A DNA stretch of 64,000 nucleotides, taken from positions 1,376,001 to 1,440,000 of the forward strand of contig CBDBGH010000003.1 of assembly GCA_965205265.1 (NCBI GenBank), written 5' to 3'. Source of the DNA: Alphaproteobacteria bacterium. GTDB lineage: Bacteria; Pseudomonadota; Alphaproteobacteria; Bin95. Made by a program: the position numbers and the translations under genes. Of this stretch, positions 10,578-21,854 are shown in pieces. The stretch's first letter is position 1. Each line of letters starts with the position of its first letter. The notes beneath the pieces are model-generated. The model saw only the letters and a program-made list of their open reading frames with translations, ran no database searches and was not told where the DNA came from.

Positions 10578-11284
10578 GCGTTGCCGGGATCGTTCCGGCG
10601 CGCCCAGACGTCCTGCGGCGGCGTCTCGGCAGGCGCGCGGGCGCGGAGCGCGTAATAGGGCAGATATTTCCGGTATGCCTCCCAGAGGCGGCGAAGCTCG
10701 CCCACCGCGCCGTCGTGAAGGTCCACCCGGAGGTCGATATCCTCGACGATGTCCGCCCCGCGCACGATCAGCGCCGCCGAGCGCTCCGGCAGGTGCGTGC
10801 CGTCGGGCGAAGCCTGGCCGCCCGCATCGCGCCCCGCCTCGATTGCCTTGAGCAGCCGCTCCGGCAGGTCGTCCCCGGCGCGCTCACCCCATGCTGCGGC
10901 CATCGCCTGCACCGTCGCCTCCCCGGCCAGCACATTGCCGAAGACCGCGAAGCCCTCGCCGGTAATGTGGCCGGACCAGGGCCGGGTGCGGGGCCCGGTA
11001 TGCGCCGCGACGCGGCCGTCGGCCGCCGCGATGACAACCTGACGCCATTCGAAGTCCGGGTCCTGCGCCGCCAGCAGCCGGAGCACCCCGTCGGGGTCGG
11101 GCGTCTCCCTGAGCGCGGCGGTGGCTAGCGGCCCGAGCGCGGGGTTGGCGAAGGCCTGGGTCGAGAGCGCCGCCACGCCGCGCTCGAAGAACGGGCAATA
11201 GCCGCCGACGCCGAGCGAATAGGTCGTGATGCCGATGCCGAGCCGTCCCGTCTCCGGGCAGGCGCCGAGCGCCGTGAAGGTCAT
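10574..11284 (-). CDS. DUF1028 family Ntn-hydrolase-like protein
   Basis: MTFTALGACPETGRLGIG...GNVLAG...AGRDAGG...DLRVD; start ATG 11284 inside the longer track ORF. Confidence 0.85.
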   Translation of the reverse strand: MTFTALGACPETGRLGIGITTYSLGVGGYCPFFERGVAALSTQAFANPALGPLATAALRETPDPDGVLRLLAAQDPDFEWRQVVIAAADGRVAAHTGPRTRPWSGHITGEGFAVFGNVLAGEATVQAMAAAWGERAGDDLPERLLKAIEAGRDAGGQASPDGTHLPERSAALIVRGADIVEDIDLRVDLHDGAVGELRRLWEAYRKYLPYYALRARAPAETPPQDVWARRNDPGNA

Positions 11285-11301
11285 CGCAGGTTCCTCCGCC
11301 G

Positions 11302-13047
11302 TCAGAACTGTTCGGCCGCCATCTCCAGCTCCGCCCCGCCGGCGGCCTTGACGGCGGCGAGGAGCCCGGCATGTTGCGGCAGCAGCGTGTCGGCATAGAA
11401 GCGGGCGGTCAGGCGCTTCGCCTCCAGGAACTCCCGGTCCTCCGCGCCTTCCGCCAGAAGCCGCGCGGCCGCCGCCGCGCCTCGGGCGAGCAGCCAGCCG
11501 CCGGTCGCCAGCCCGAGCAGGTGGCAGAACGGGACGGCTGCTGCGGCGGCCGCGCCGAACTCCCTGCCGAAGCGGCCGAGAATGAGCCCCGCCGCGCGCT
11601 CGACCGCGTCGATGGCGGCGGCGAGGTTCTCGCCCGGCCCGTCGGCGCGCATCAGGGCAAGCTGCGCGCGGAGCGCCTCGCCGCCGTCCCGGGCGAGCTT
11701 GCGCGCGACGAGGTCCATGGCCTGGATGCCGTTGGTGCCTTCGTAGATCGGCGCGATGCGGCTGTCTCGCATATGCTGGGCGGCGCCGGTTTCCTCGATG
11801 AAGCCCATCCCGCCATGCACCTGGACACCGAGCGAGGCGATCTCGACGCCGAGGTCGCTGCACCACGCCTTGACCACCGGGATCATGAGGTCCACCTGCG
11901 CCTGGGCCTCCGCGTCGCCGGTGCGCTGCGCCCGGTCGAGCGCGCCCGCCACCCAGTAACAGAGCGCGCGCATGGCCTCGATCTCGGCCTTCATGGTCAT
12001 CAGCATCCGGCGCACGTCCGGATGGTGGAGGATCGGCACCGGAGCCTTCCCGCCGGTCGTCTCGTCATAGCCCTGGACGCGCTCCATGGCGAAGGCGCGG
12101 GCCTGCTGATAGGCCCGCTCCGCCACCGCAACGCCCTGCAGGCCGACGCCGAGGCGGGCATTGTTCATCATCGTGAACATGTACTGGATGCCGCAATTCT
12201 CTTCGCCGACCAGCATGCCGAGCGCGCCGTCGCCCTCGCCATAGGCCATCACGCAGGTCGGGCTGCCGTGAATGCCGAGCTTGTGTTCGAGCCCGACCGG
12301 GCGCAGGTCGTTGCGCGCGCCGAGGCTGCCGTCCTCGTTCACCAGCACCTTCGGCACGATGAACAGCGAGACGCCGCGAATGCCGCGCGGCGCATCCGGC
12401 GTGCGCGCCAGCACCATGTGGACGATGTTGTCGGTGAAGTCCTGGTCGCCGTAGCTGATGAAGATCTTCTGCCCGCTGATGCGGTATGTGCCGTCGCCCG
12501 CCGGCACGGCGCGTGTGGCGAGCGCGCCGACATCGGAGCCGGCCTGGGGCTCCGTCAGGTTCATCGTGCCGGCCCATTCGCCGGAGATCATCTTCTCCAG
12601 AAAGACATCCTTCTGCTCGTCCGAACCGTGGTTCGAGAGCAGGTCCACCGCGCCCTGAGTGAGCAGCGGCGCCAGCGAGAAGGAGAGGCAGGCCGACTGC
12701 CACATTTCCGTGAGCGCCGTGGACACGAGCCAGGGCAGGCCCTGGCCTCCGTATTCGGGGTCGAAGGGCGCACCGTTCCAGCCGCCCTCGCAGAACTGCC
12801 GATAGGTCTCCCGGAATCCGTCCGCCGTGCGCACGACGCCGTTTTCCAGCACCGCGCCCTGGATGTCGCCGACCCGGTTGAGGGGCGCCACCGCTTCGTC
12901 GGCGAACCGCCCCGCTTCGGTCAGCACGGCATCGACGAGATCGACCGAAATCTCCTCCATGCCGGGCAGGGCGATCACCCCGTCCAGCCCGGCGATCTCG
13001 GTCATGGCGAAGCGAATGTCGCGGAGGGGCGCGGCGTAATCGGACAT
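11302..13047 (-). CDS. Acyl-CoA dehydrogenase (DmdC-like subgroup)
   Basis: GTMNLTEPQAGSDVG, GQKIFIS, EHKLGIHGSPT, QVHGGMGF, IYEGTNGIQ. Confidence 0.92.
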   Translation of the reverse strand: MSDYAAPLRDIRFAMTEIAGLDGVIALPGMEEISVDLVDAVLTEAGRFADEAVAPLNRVGDIQGAVLENGVVRTADGFRETYRQFCEGGWNGAPFDPEYGGQGLPWLVSTALTEMWQSACLSFSLAPLLTQGAVDLLSNHGSDEQKDVFLEKMISGEWAGTMNLTEPQAGSDVGALATRAVPAGDGTYRISGQKIFISYGDQDFTDNIVHMVLARTPDAPRGIRGVSLFIVPKVLVNEDGSLGARNDLRPVGLEHKLGIHGSPTCVMAYGEGDGALGMLVGEENCGIQYMFTMMNNARLGVGLQGVAVAERAYQQARAFAMERVQGYDETTGGKAPVPILHHPDVRRMLMTMKAEIEAMRALCYWVAGALDRAQRTGDAEAQAQVDLMIPVVKAWCSDLGVEIASLGVQVHGGMGFIEETGAAQHMRDSRIAPIYEGTNGIQAMDLVARKLARDGGEALRAQLALMRADGPGENLAAAIDAVERAAGLILGRFGREFGAAAAAAVPFCHLLGLATGGWLLARGAAAAARLLAEGAEDREFLEAKRLTARFYADTLLPQHAGLLAAVKAAGGAELEMAAEQF

Positions 13048-13087
13048 TGGCGGCACACCGGAGGCATTGTCGGGAGGCTGGGAAATG

Positions 13088-13161
13088 TGGCTGGGCGACC
13101 TGGATTCGAACCAGGGCTACTGGGGCCAGAACCCAGCGTTCTGCCGCTAAACTATCGCCCA
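13088..13161 (-). tRNA. tRNA-Gln(CTG)
   Basis: Reverse complement TGGGCGATAGTTTAGCGGCAGAACG-CTGGG-TTCTGGC-CCCAG-TAGCCCTGGTTCGAATCCAGGTCGCCCAGCCA. Confidence 0.95.
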
Positions 13162-13289
13162 ACGCACAGGCCCCAACATATCGTCCATCCGGCCCGGTTT
13201 GGCAAGAGCCTCCGGCCGGCCCCGGCGCCGCCCGCCGGAACCGCAGCAATGTCGGGCCATCCCGGCTATCATGGCCGGGGAGTTCGGCG

Positions 13290-14294
13290 ATGCAACAGCA
13301 GCAGCGGCAGCCAGCGCAGCCCGGGACCGGAGCGCCGGTCTATGCGGCGCTCGATCTCGGCACCAACAACTGCCGGCTGCTCGTCGTGCGCCCCTCGGAG
13401 CGCGGCTTCGACGTGGTGGACAGCTTTTCGCGCATCGTCCGGCTCGGCGAGGGCCTGCAGATCACCGGCCGCCTCTCGGAAAAGGCCATCGAACGGACCA
13501 TCCGGGCCCTGCATATCTGCGCCGGCAAGATCAGGCGGCGGCGGGTCACGCGGCTGCGCTCGGTAGCCACAGACGCCTGCCGCCGTGCCGCCAACTGCGC
13601 CGGCTTCGTGGAGCGGGTGAAGCGCGAGACGGGTGTGGGGCTGGAAATCATCGGCGCGCGCGAGGAAGCGGCGCTGGCGGCGGCGGGGTGCGCGCCCCTG
13701 CTCGACCCCGCCCGCGGGCGCGCCCTGGTGTTCGATATCGGCGGGGGCAGCACCGAACTCATGTGGCTGGCGGTCACGGGAGAGGGCCGCGCCTGCCTGC
13801 TCGATTCGACGTCCCTTCCCTGGGGCGTGGCCCGCATGGCGGAGACCTTCGGCTCGGACCGGATTTCCGCCCGCGCCTACAGGGCGATGACGGAGGCGGT
13901 GGCGCCCTGGCTGCGCCGCTTCGACGAGGCGAACGGCATCTCCGCGGCGGTGGCGGCGGACGGGGTGCAGATGCTCGGCACCTCGGGCCCGGTGACGATC
14001 GTTGCGGGGCTGCATCTCGGCCTGGCGCGCTATCGCCGCGATCTGGTGGACGGGTGCACGCTCGCTTTCGACGATCTCGACGCGGTCTCCGCCACGCTGC
14101 GCCGGCTGGACAGGAAGGCGAGGGCGCGGCTGCCCTGTATCGGGCGCGAGCGGGCGGACATGGCGGTCGGCGGCTGCGCCATACTGGAGGCGATCTGCCG
14201 GATGTGGCCCGTCGGCTCGGTCCGGGTTGCCGACCGGGGGGTGCGCGAGGGCATCCTGTTCCGCATGATCGCGAATGACGGCGGGGCGGCGTGA
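13290..14294 (+). CDS. Ppx/GppA family exopolyphosphatase
   Basis: ALDLGTNNCRL, RIVRLGEG, DIGGGSTE, DRGVREG; usual ppx-rlmE-guaB order. Confidence 0.93.
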   Translation: MQQQQRQPAQPGTGAPVYAALDLGTNNCRLLVVRPSERGFDVVDSFSRIVRLGEGLQITGRLSEKAIERTIRALHICAGKIRRRRVTRLRSVATDACRRAANCAGFVERVKRETGVGLEIIGAREEAALAAAGCAPLLDPARGRALVFDIGGGSTELMWLAVTGEGRACLLDSTSLPWGVARMAETFGSDRISARAYRAMTEAVAPWLRRFDEANGISAAVAADGVQMLGTSGPVTIVAGLHLGLARYRRDLVDGCTLAFDDLDAVSATLRRLDRKARARLPCIGRERADMAVGGCAILEAICRMWPVGSVRVADRGVREGILFRMIANDGGAA

Positions 14295-14995
14295 GCCGGC
14301 CTCCGCGCGCGCGGCCGGGGCGGCAGGCGGGGCTGAAACCCCGGCTCCGCACGGCGAAAGGACGCAAGACGGCGTCCACCCGCTGGTTGCAGCGCCAGCT
14401 CAGCGATTCCTACGTGGCGGAAGCCAAACGGCTGGGCCTGCGGTCCCGCGCGGCCTTCAAGCTGATGCAGCTCGATGACCGCTTCCGCCTGCTGAAACCG
14501 GGAAGCGCGGTGCTCGACCTCGGCGCGGCCCCGGGCGGCTGGACCCAGGTGGCGGTGGCGCGGGGCGCCGGGGCGGTGGTCGCGGCGGACCTCCAGGCGA
14601 TGGAGCCGGTGCCGGGCGCTTGCTGCCTGCTGCTCGACCTGGAGGGCAGCGATGCTCCCGCGCGACTCGGCGCCGCCCTGCCGGACGGCGCCGACCTCGT
14701 ACTGAGCGATATGGCGCCGCGCACCACCGGACATGCGGCGACCGACCGGTTGCGCATCGTCGCGCTGGCGGAGCTGGCATATGAGGCGGCGCGGGCGTTG
14801 CTGCGGCCTGGCGGCGCCCTGGTTGTCAAGGTTTTTCAAGGGGGTGTGCACCAGGACCTGCTGAATGCGTTGAAGCAGGATTTCGCCTTTGTGCGCCATG
14901 CGAAGCCGGATGCGAGCCGCAAGGAGTCCTCGGAACTCTACCTCGTGGCGACGGGTTTTCGCGCCTCGAATGCAGTGGCTTCACATTCCGGCTGA
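14291..14995 (+). CDS. rlmE: 23S rRNA Um2552 methyltransferase
   Basis: RSRAAFKL, DLGAAPGGW, SDMAP, SRKESSE. Confidence 0.95.
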   Translation: MSRPPRARPGRQAGLKPRLRTAKGRKTASTRWLQRQLSDSYVAEAKRLGLRSRAAFKLMQLDDRFRLLKPGSAVLDLGAAPGGWTQVAVARGAGAVVAADLQAMEPVPGACCLLLDLEGSDAPARLGAALPDGADLVLSDMAPRTTGHAATDRLRIVALAELAYEAARALLRPGGALVVKVFQGGVHQDLLNALKQDFAFVRHAKPDASRKESSELYLVATGFRASNAVASHSG

Positions 14996-15026
14996 GGCGG
15001 GTATAAGAAGGCGTCAACCCCGATGA

Positions 15027-17005
<1,979 letters not shown>

Positions 17006-17050
17006 AATTACCTTTTTATTCTGATTTTTAGAGATAATTCCTGAATATAA

Positions 17051-17078
17051 TTGACATTGGAAAATTATATGATAGTAT
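17051..17078 (+). promoter_or_regulatory. Sigma70-type promoter inside element copy 1
   Basis: TTGACA(17051)-16 bp-TAGTAT(17073) with TGn extension, in an AT-rich patch. Confidence 0.6.
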
Positions 17079-17415
17079 AGGGGTAGAAAGCAGCAAACGG
17101 CATCCTGGGAGCCGTGGCCTCTTCTGCTGCGCGCTGGCGCGAAAAGCCCCCGATTCGGCCAACAGGCGAAGTGCGCCCCGCGTCCGGCTCGCGCGCGCGG
17201 GCGCATCCGGGCAATCAGGCGCGCAAACCGCGCCGGCGCGAAACGCGCGCCCACGGGCGCGGGCGCCCGCGCAGGATACGCGCGAATCAGGGTCCGCCGC
17301 TTCGGGGAACCGGGCGATGGAGGGAATGGAACGAGGTGGAACGAAACGAGGTGAAGGAACGACATGCAGGATTGCGAAAACAGGGTTTCGGCGGAGCGGG
17401 CCTTTGTCCCCCTTT

Positions 17416-17441
17416 TGTCGTCCCCGCGAAGGCGGGGACCC
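17416..17441 (+). repeat. CGTC-type REP palindrome
   Basis: TGTC-GTCCCCGC-GAAG-GCGGGGAC-CC hairpin; degenerate partner near 17535-17560. Confidence 0.7.
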
Positions 17442-17799
17442 GGCCCTGGCTCCCGATGCCGCCGCGGCCGATGGAGAGGAGACCGGGCTGCCGGGGCTGC
17501 CGCAAGAACCGGGGCTGGGTTCGGGGGCCGGGGCGACCCCCGCTCTCGCGAGGGCAGGCGGTTGGGGGCATGCAAGGCAACGCCACCGCAGGAGATGTTC
17601 GAATCCGGTAGCCCGCAGGCGGGGGAGGGCGGCAAGCTGAGCTTCATGCCTGAACCGGCTACAGGATATGAACTCTCGGCATGCAAAACATGACATCGCA
17701 TGACACACCGCAGGGAGTCTCGCAGGTCCTCATGACGAAACATGACACCTCATGACGTTTCCGCAGCCCTTCCCGGGGGCCGGGCGGCGTCTGCGGCCG

Positions 17800-18816
17800 T
17801 TACAATCCCTGGCGCACCTTGGGGAACACGTCCTCGGCGAGGCGCTGCAGGGTCTCCAAAGTCAGGCTCTGCGGCACGCCCGACCACTGGACGCTCATCA
17901 CGATGTGGTTGACGCCGGTGGCCCGTACCAGCGCGATCATCTGCTCTGCCACCTCGTCCGCCGAGCCGACGAGAAAACGGTCGCGGGCGAGGTCTTCGAA
18001 GGCGGCGGTGAGGTTCGCGTCGCCGGCCGGCATCGCCTTGTCCTGGCCCCAGGAGGCATAGACGGCGTATTTGCCGGCGAGATGCGGGCCGCAGAGCCGG
18101 ATCGCCTCTTCGCGGCTGTCGGCGACGAACACCTCGCGGCGGATCGGCAATTCCTCCGGCATGGGCTTGCCCAGATCGTCCAGCGCCCGGCGATAGACCT
18201 CCAATTGCTCCAGGATCGTCGAAATCCGGTTATGGGGGTTGATGTACCAGCAGGTTCCAAGGCGTGCCGCCCGGCGGATTGCGGCGTCCGCATTGGCGCC
18301 GACCCAAATCGGCGGATGCGGCTTCTGCACCGGCTTGGTAGGGCAGGACGCCTCCCGGAGCGCGAAATGCGAGCCCTCCATGGAAACTTTCTCTTCCGTC
18401 CAGAGCCGCCGGATAGCTTCGAGGTTCTCTTCGAACCGGCGTATCCGCTCTGCCTGGACGGTGCCGAAGCCCGCCATTTCGACATCCCGGTAGCCGAGGC
18501 CCACGCCCACGATCATGCGCCCGCCCGACATGACATCCATGGTCGCCAATTGCTCGGCAAGGTCGAGCGGCTTGTGCAGCGGCAAGAGGATGATGCCGGC
18601 ATTGAGGCGGAGATTGGGGGCCTCCGCCATCATCCGGGTGAGATAGGGCAGTTGCTGGAAGTCCTGGTAGGGGTATGCGCTGTAGTGCGAGCCCTTGGTG
18701 AGCGATGCGAAGCCGAGGCGGTCTGCCAGGCGCACCTGCTCTGCGAGTTCCGCAAAGCGCTGCTGCATGTCATCGCCCAGTTCGTACTGGCCGCGCGTCA
18801 TCAACCCGAATTGCAT
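17800..18816 (-). CDS. LLM-class flavin-dependent oxidoreductase (paralog 2)
   Basis: LAEQLATMDVMSGGR, GVGLGYR, KPHPPIWVGA. Confidence 0.9.
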   Translation of the reverse strand: MQFGLMTRGQYELGDDMQQRFAELAEQVRLADRLGFASLTKGSHYSAYPYQDFQQLPYLTRMMAEAPNLRLNAGIILLPLHKPLDLAEQLATMDVMSGGRMIVGVGLGYRDVEMAGFGTVQAERIRRFEENLEAIRRLWTEEKVSMEGSHFALREASCPTKPVQKPHPPIWVGANADAAIRRAARLGTCWYINPHNRISTILEQLEVYRRALDDLGKPMPEELPIRREVFVADSREEAIRLCGPHLAGKYAVYASWGQDKAMPAGDANLTAAFEDLARDRFLVGSADEVAEQMIALVRATGVNHIVMSVQWSGVPQSLTLETLQRLAEDVFPKVRQGL

Positions 18817-18819
18817 GGC

Positions 18820-19830
18820 CTACAATCCCTGCTTCACAAGCGGAACGACTTCTTCCGCCATCACATGCATCTGCTCCAGAACGAGCTGCTGGGGCATTCC
18901 CGGCCACTGGATCGGCAGGGAAAGCTGGTTGGCCCCCGTCGCCTTCATCATGCCTACGATCTGTTCGGCGACCTCGTCGGCGGAGCCGAACAGGAAGCGG
19001 TCGCGGGCCAGTTCGTCGAATTCCTGGCCGAGGTCGTTGTCGCCCTCCGGCATCGTCTTGTCCTGGCCCCAGGCGTGATACGCCTTGTATTTGGCCTCGA
19101 GATAGGGCCGGGCGAGCCGGATCGCCTCGGCGCGGGTCCGGGCCACGAACATCTCCCGCGCCAGCGGCAGCGTTTCCGGCCAGGGCTTGCCCGCTTCGTC
19201 GAGGCCCCGCTTGTACACCTCGATCTGGCGCAGGATCGTGTCGATGCGGTTGTGCGGATTTATCATCCAGCTGTCGGCGATATGCGCGGCGCGGCGGATT
19301 GCCGGGTCGGCATTGGCACCGATCCAGATGGGCGGCGGCCTTTGCGGCTTCAGGGAGCAGACAGCGCCGTCGAGCTCAAAATGCGAGCCCTTCATCGTCA
19401 CTTCGTCCTCGGTCCACAAGCGCCTGATCGCCTGGATATTCTCGACCATGCGCGGCACCCGCTCCCGGCGGGTGGTGCCGAAGGCCTTGAACTCGACATC
19501 GCGGTAGCCGATGCCGACGCCGAGGATGAAGCGCCCGCCGGTGAACAGGTCGAGCGCCGCCGCCTGCTCGGCAATCTCCAGCGGCTTGTGCAGGGGCAGC
19601 AGCACGATGGAGGTGATGAAGGTGAGGCCCGGCGCTTCCGCCGCCGCGCGGGCGAGGAAGGGGATCTGCTGGATTTCCTGCCAGGGCGAGGAGCTGTAAT
19701 GGCAGGATTTCGCGATGCCGGTAAAGCCGAGTCGCTTCGCCAGGCGGACTTGCTCCATCAGTTCCTCGAAGCGCGCACCCATGTCGTCTCCGGGCGGAAA
19801 CTGGCCCCGGATCGCCAGAACGAACTGCAT
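18820..19830 (-). CDS. LLM-class flavin-dependent oxidoreductase (paralog 1)
   Basis: Start MQFVLAIRGQ; IAEQAAALDLFTGGR, PPIWIGAN; clear paralog of the next gene. Confidence 0.9.
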   Translation of the reverse strand: MQFVLAIRGQFPPGDDMGARFEELMEQVRLAKRLGFTGIAKSCHYSSSPWQEIQQIPFLARAAAEAPGLTFITSIVLLPLHKPLEIAEQAAALDLFTGGRFILGVGIGYRDVEFKAFGTTRRERVPRMVENIQAIRRLWTEDEVTMKGSHFELDGAVCSLKPQRPPPIWIGANADPAIRRAAHIADSWMINPHNRIDTILRQIEVYKRGLDEAGKPWPETLPLAREMFVARTRAEAIRLARPYLEAKYKAYHAWGQDKTMPEGDNDLGQEFDELARDRFLFGSADEVAEQIVGMMKATGANQLSLPIQWPGMPQQLVLEQMHVMAEEVVPLVKQGL

Positions 19831-19899
19831 GGAAAGCAATCCCCCGATTTGCGTCGCCGGCATTATGCACGAAATGCCCGCCACTGCCGGTATGGCGGG

Positions 19900-20772
19900 C
19901 TACAAATGGCGCGTGGCGCGCCGACGCTCCCGCCAGATTGCGAAGAGGCCGCTGGCAACCACGACACCCGCCCCGGCAATCGTCCAGGAATCGGGAAATG
20001 CGCCGAACCCGACCCAGCCCCAGAGCGTGGCCCAGACCAGCAGCGTGTAGTTGAACGGCTGCAGGACGGCGGCCGGCGCCTCCCGCGCTGCAAGGATCAG
20101 CAGGCCGTGCGTAACAATGCCGAGCACGCCGACCGCGCCGAGAAGCGTCCACCCATAAGCGTCCGGCGGATGCCAGGCGAAAGGCACGGAGGCGCTCCAG
20201 ACCGCGAAGCCGATGATGGCCGTGTAGAGCAGGGTCGTCTCCGGCCGGTCTTCGCGCAGGCGGCGCAGCAGCAACTGGTAATACGCCCAACCGAACGCGG
20301 CCACGAGCGGCAGAACGGTCAGGGGATCGAAGACGCCGATGCCGGGCCGGATTACGACCAGCGTGCCGGCGAATCCCAGCATCACCGCAGTCCACCTCCA
20401 GGGGCCCACACGCTCGCCGAGCAGGGGCACGGCAAGGGCGGTGGCGATGAGAGGCGAGGCGGCAGCTACCGCATGGACGTCGGCGAGCGGCAATTTCGAG
20501 ATCGCATAGACGAACAGCCACATTTCGAACGCCAGCACGAAGGAGCGAAACAGTTGAAGGCGCCAATTCGGCGTTCGCAGCATCGCGCCGACACCGCCGC
20601 GCCGGGCTGCCAGCGCCAGCGCAAAGGCAAGGAACAGCGCGAACCGCAGGAACAATACCTGCGAGACGGGGTAGGTCTGGGTTGCGAGCTTGCCGACGGC
20701 GTCGAGGCTCGCGAGCATCGCCATCGCCACGATCATCAACGCAATGCCGCGCGCCGGCCGGTCGGGCCTCAT
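19900..20772 (-). CDS. DMT/EamA family transporter
   Basis: About ten TM segments; LLGERVGPWRW, LVVIRPG, LQPFNY. Confidence 0.9.
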   Translation of the reverse strand: MRPDRPARGIALMIVAMAMLASLDAVGKLATQTYPVSQVLFLRFALFLAFALALAARRGGVGAMLRTPNWRLQLFRSFVLAFEMWLFVYAISKLPLADVHAVAAASPLIATALAVPLLGERVGPWRWTAVMLGFAGTLVVIRPGIGVFDPLTVLPLVAAFGWAYYQLLLRRLREDRPETTLLYTAIIGFAVWSASVPFAWHPPDAYGWTLLGAVGVLGIVTHGLLILAAREAPAAVLQPFNYTLLVWATLWGWVGFGAFPDSWTIAGAGVVVASGLFAIWRERRRATRHL

Positions 20773-20897
20773 GGCAACAGGCAGGGTGCAGGGCGGGGGC
20801 GGGGCCGGCTCATGCGGCGGTTTCGCACGACCCGGCTCGGTTGTGTCGCCCGAAAGCAGCGGGCAATATCCGCCGCTCTCTATTCACCGGACAAGGC

Positions 20898-21854
20898 ATG
20901 ACCCCCGAACAATTGGAAAAGCTGGAGTCCATCGAGCGCGTCCGCGAAGGCTATGCGGAACTCGGCTATATCTGTTCGCGCCAGATTGCAACGGCGATCT
21001 ATGTTGCGGGCCACCTGGGCAAGCCCGTTCTCGTCGAAGGCCCGGCCGGCGTCGGCAAGACCGAGCTCGCGAACACGACGGCGGCCTATCTCGACCTGCC
21101 GCTCATCCGGCTGCAATGCTACGAAGGCCTCGACGAGGCCAAGGCGCTCTACGAGTGGCGCTACGCCAAGCAGCTTCTCTACACGCAGATCCTGCGGGAC
21201 AAGCTGGGCGAGGTGCTGGGCGAGGCCCAGGGACTCAAGGAATCCATGGACCGTCTGCATGCCCATGCGGATGTGTTCTTCTCCGAGCGCTTCCTTGCGC
21301 CGCGGCCCCTGCTCAAGGCGTTGCGCGAGCCCGGCGGCGCGGTTCTGCTGATCGACGAGGTGGACAAGTCGGACCACGAATTCGAGGCTTTCCTGCTGGA
21401 AATCCTGTCCGAGTTCCAGGTCTCGATTCCGGAGCTCGGGACGATCAAGGCGGGACGCCGCCCGGTCGTGTTCCTCACCTCCAACAACACCCGCGAGATG
21501 AGCGACGCGCTGAAGCGGCGCTGCCTGCATCTCTATGTGCCGTTTCCCGATGCGCCGCTCGAACGCGAGATCATCCAGGCCCGCATCCCGGAGATTCCGC
21601 GCAACCTGAAATACCAGCTCGTTTCCTTCGTACAGCAGGTGCGGGAGCTCGATCTGAAGAAGCAGCCCTCCGTCAGCGAGTCCATCGACTGGGCGCGCGT
21701 GCTGCTGCTGCTTCACGCAGATGAGCTCGACCCCGACATGGTGCGGCAGACGCTCAACGTCTTCCTCAAATTCGAGGAGGACATCCAGTCCGTCGACGGG
21801 GAGCTCTACGGATTTGCGCGCCAGGCGAAGAAGGCGGACAGCGTACGCGCCTGA
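20898..21854 (+). CDS. MoxR/CoxD-like AAA+ ATPase
   Basis: EGPAGVGKTE, RLQCYEGLDE, LLIDEVDK, LKRRCL; ATG at 20898. Confidence 0.92.
   Translation: MTPEQLEKLESIERVREGYAELGYICSRQIATAIYVAGHLGKPVLVEGPAGVGKTELANTTAAYLDLPLIRLQCYEGLDEAKALYEWRYAKQLLYTQILRDKLGEVLGEAQGLKESMDRLHAHADVFFSERFLAPRPLLKALREPGGAVLLIDEVDKSDHEFEAFLLEILSEFQVSIPELGTIKAGRRPVVFLTSNNTREMSDALKRRCLHLYVPFPDAPLEREIIQARIPEIPRNLKYQLVSFVQQVRELDLKKQPSVSESIDWARVLLLLHADELDPDMVRQTLNVFLKFEEDIQSVDGELYGFARQAKKADSVRA

Larger units (their letters stand above)
17006..17770 (+). repeat. Dispersed ~750-bp element, copy 1 (promoter, GC block, variable middle, CATGAC arrays)
   Basis: Homologous to the reverse complement of 32141-32860 in the AT-rich head, block 17211-17284 and block 17640-17721. 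Confidence 0.85.

Noticed and set aside
13290-13320. CAG-rich run (MQQQQRQ) at the ppx start as a phase-variable repeat
   Set aside because: Short in-frame triplet run; cannot shift frame.
17211-17284. Hammerhead ribozyme in the conserved GC block
   Set aside because: CTGATTG and GAAA lie on opposite strands and the CUGANGA core is not matched.
17680-17756. CATGAC arrays or REP clusters as a CRISPR or guide-RNA array
   Set aside because: Units are 6 bp with 4-nt spacers, or palindromic doublets; no regular repeat-spacer series and no cas or other effector gene nearby.
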